NCBI GenBank assembly: GCA_044229985.1
Contig: JBGARY010000002.1
Span: forward strand, 81,420-145,419
Length of the DNA stretch: 64,000 bases
DNA from: Chitinophagaceae bacterium
GTDB taxonomy: Bacteria; Bacteroidota; Bacteroidia; Chitinophagales; Chitinophagaceae
Reading direction: 5' to 3'
The notes under the pieces were generated by a model, which searched no databases, was not told the DNA's origin, and saw nothing but the letters and a program-made list of their open reading frames with translations. Positions 62,471-64,000 of this stretch are shown here, in pieces. The first letter of the stretch is position 1; the number at the start of each line of letters is the position of its first letter. A program made the position numbers and the translations under genes.

Positions 62471-63550
62471 ATGTCAATTCATTTTCACCCGGTACCAGTA
62501 AAGGAAATTAAAAAAGAAACCAGTGATTGTGTTTCGGTCGTATTTGATGTGCCTGAAGAATTAAAAGAGCTGTTTGCTTTCCGCCAGGGACAGAGCCTGG
62601 CTATGCGGGCCAAAATCAACGGGCATGAAGTAAGAAGAACTTATTCCATTTGTTCTTCACCCTTAGACAACCAGCTTAGGGTAGCCATTAAAAAAGTAAA
62701 AGGCGGTGTGTTCTCCAGCTATGCCAATGACAGAATGAAGAAAGGCACTGTAATTGAACTGATGCCGCCTGTTGGTAAATTTTATACTGAGCTGAGCCCA
62801 TTAAATAAAAAAAATTACACCGCCTTTGCTGCCGGCAGTGGCATCACTCCTGTTTTATCCATTATCAAAACAACATTGGCCACTGAGCCGGAAAGCAGTT
62901 TTATCCTGGTGTATGGCAACCGGAACCGCAGTTCTATTATTTTCTTTGAGGAACTGGAAGCGCTGAAGAATAAATACATGAACCGGTTCAACCTGGTTCA
63001 TATTTTAAGCCGTGAAAGAACAGACACGGAAATTAATTTCGGCCGTATCAATGCTCAGAAATTGAATGAACTGTCCGGCCTTGTTGATTATGAGAATACA
63101 GATGAATTCTTCATTTGTGGTCCGGAAGAGATGATCTTCTCCGTAAAAGATTACCTGGAAGCAAAAGGTATAGATAAAAAGAAAATACATTTTGAACTCT
63201 TCACTTCACCCGGTCAGAAAAAGCACACGGTGACTGATGATGATTCCTGGCTGATAACCGGACCTGTCAGTAATATCACGGTAAAACTGGATGGCCGCAC
63301 ATTTGATTTTGAATTGTCCTTAAATGGAAACGCCACAATTCTTGACGCAGCGCTGAAACAAGGTGCAGACCTTCCTTATGCCTGCAAAGGCGGTATGTGC
63401 TGCACTTGTAAAGCTAAATTAGTGGAAGGCGAAGTGTCCATGGATGTTCATTGGGGTTTGGAAGAAGAAGAAGTAGAAAAAGGTTATATCCTCACCTGCC
63501 AGAGCCATCCCAAAACAGAAAAGGTGGTGGTGGATTTTGATGCGAAATAA
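62471..63550 (+). CDS. paaE: ferredoxin-NAD(P) reductase with 2Fe-2S domain (phenylacetyl-CoA epoxidase reductase PaaE/PaaK-like)
   Basis: 359-aa ORF. FNR-like motifs RTYSICS and GSGITP, plus a C-terminal plant-type ferredoxin (CKGGMCCTCKAKL...LTCQS). Confidence 0.8.
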   Translation: MSIHFHPVPVKEIKKETSDCVSVVFDVPEELKELFAFRQGQSLAMRAKINGHEVRRTYSICSSPLDNQLRVAIKKVKGGVFSSYANDRMKKGTVIELMPPVGKFYTELSPLNKKNYTAFAAGSGITPVLSIIKTTLATEPESSFILVYGNRNRSSIIFFEELEALKNKYMNRFNLVHILSRERTDTEINFGRINAQKLNELSGLVDYENTDEFFICGPEEMIFSVKDYLEAKGIDKKKIHFELFTSPGQKKHTVTDDDSWLITGPVSNITVKLDGRTFDFELSLNGNATILDAALKQGADLPYACKGGMCCTCKAKLVEGEVSMDVHWGLEEEEVEKGYILTCQSHPKTEKVVVDFDAK

Positions 63551-63553
63551 AAA

Positions 63554-63577
63554 GGCCGGCAGGAGAACCTGGCGGCC
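63554..63577. terminator. hairpin between convergent paaE-like and T9SS-CTD genes
   Basis: ggccggcagg-agaa-cctggcggcc (10 bp, one mismatch). On the minus strand it is followed by ttttt. Confidence 0.5.
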
Positions 63578-63615
63578 TGTAATGGAGAATTATCATTTCC
63601 CTGGCATGAAAATTA

Positions 63616-64000
63616 TTACTGTTTCATTACTCTCAGCACTTCATCATTTCTAAGCCTGACCAGGTACAATCCATTTGAATAATTACTAAGATCAATTTGC
63701 TGGTTGGCCGCTGTAATAATAACCTTCTTCAATATCCGTCCGTTCACATCGCTGATTATAGCTTCAGTGCCGATTACTGACCTGTCGCCTACCAATATAT
63801 TAATAACACCTCTTGTCGGGTTCGGGTAAACAATCGTCGGTGTATTGCCCTCCTTATTATAATTAAGTCGTACAATATTGGAATACCTGAACCGGTCATC
63901 CATATCTACCTGCTTCAGCCGGTAGAACATGACACGGCTGTTCAGCCGGTCAATACGCTGATCAGTGTACTCGTAACGCCGCTCTGTAGTACTGTTACCT
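63616..64000 (-). CDS. C-terminal part of a secreted protein with a T9SS-type C-terminal sorting domain; gene continues past the right edge
   Basis: The minus-strand frame is open from 64000 (GNSTTERRYEYTDQRIDRLNSRVMFYRLKQVD...). The tail FYRLKQVDMDDRFRYSNIV...VYPNPTRGVINIL...GLYLVRL resembles Por secretion tail domains. Confidence 0.7.
   Translation of the reverse strand, partial: GNSTTERRYEYTDQRIDRLNSRVMFYRLKQVDMDDRFRYSNIVRLNYNKEGNTPTIVYPNPTRGVINILVGDRSVIGTEAIISDVNGRILKKVIITAANQQIDLSNYSNGLYLVRLRNDEVLRVMKQ

Noticed and set aside
1-64000. Search for CRISPR arrays, IS elements/transposases, integrases, prophage genes, restriction-modification or other known defence modules, and rRNA
   Set aside because: None seen. 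There are no regularly spaced direct repeats, no transposase- or integrase-like translations, and no terminal inverted repeats flanking genes. The window looks like conserved core genome.

Overview
This 64-kb window reads as ordinary core chromosome of a Bacteroidota bacterium. My guess is a Chitinophagaceae/Sphingobacteriia-like organism, based on a SusC/SusD pair, GldH, a GldE-like DUF21 protein, T9SS-type C-terminal sorting domains and TAnnTTTG -7 promoter motifs. Hand-counted 100-nt samples range from about 24% to 52% GC. I call about 61 densely packed protein-coding genes on both strands:
- DNA maintenance: ssb, mutY, HU, radA, comF-like, holB, mutL.
- RNA and translation: rng, pheS, dusB, tadA, yicC.
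- Envelope and lipid synthesis: lpxD, psd, cdsA, dacB, a GH3/beta-lactamase fusion.
- Redox and stress: two glutathione peroxidases, SOD, ALDH.
- One two-component system and many secreted or membrane hypotheticals.

I found no rRNA, tRNA, CRISPR array, transposase, integrase or phage genes. I also found no recognisable multi-gene defence, toxin or secretion island, so I cannot honestly point to a clear novel multi-gene system. The items most worth a second look are:
1. A candidate leader-peptide transcription attenuator upstream of asd, with promoter, 14-codon uORF rich in aspartate-family residues, and mutually exclusive antiterminator/terminator pairing.
2. An orphan 1059-aa secreted protein with a roughly 380-aa coiled coil and a glycine-zipper C-terminal module.
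3. Tandem paralogous small membrane-protein genes, one split by a frameshift.
4. Orphan promoter/terminator units in divergent intergenic regions (possible sRNAs or leaders).
5. An unlisted 31-codon Lys/Arg-rich ORF upstream of rng.
6. A 24-32% GC tract inside dacB.

All functional calls rest on motif recognition in the supplied or hand-made translations. No database search was run.
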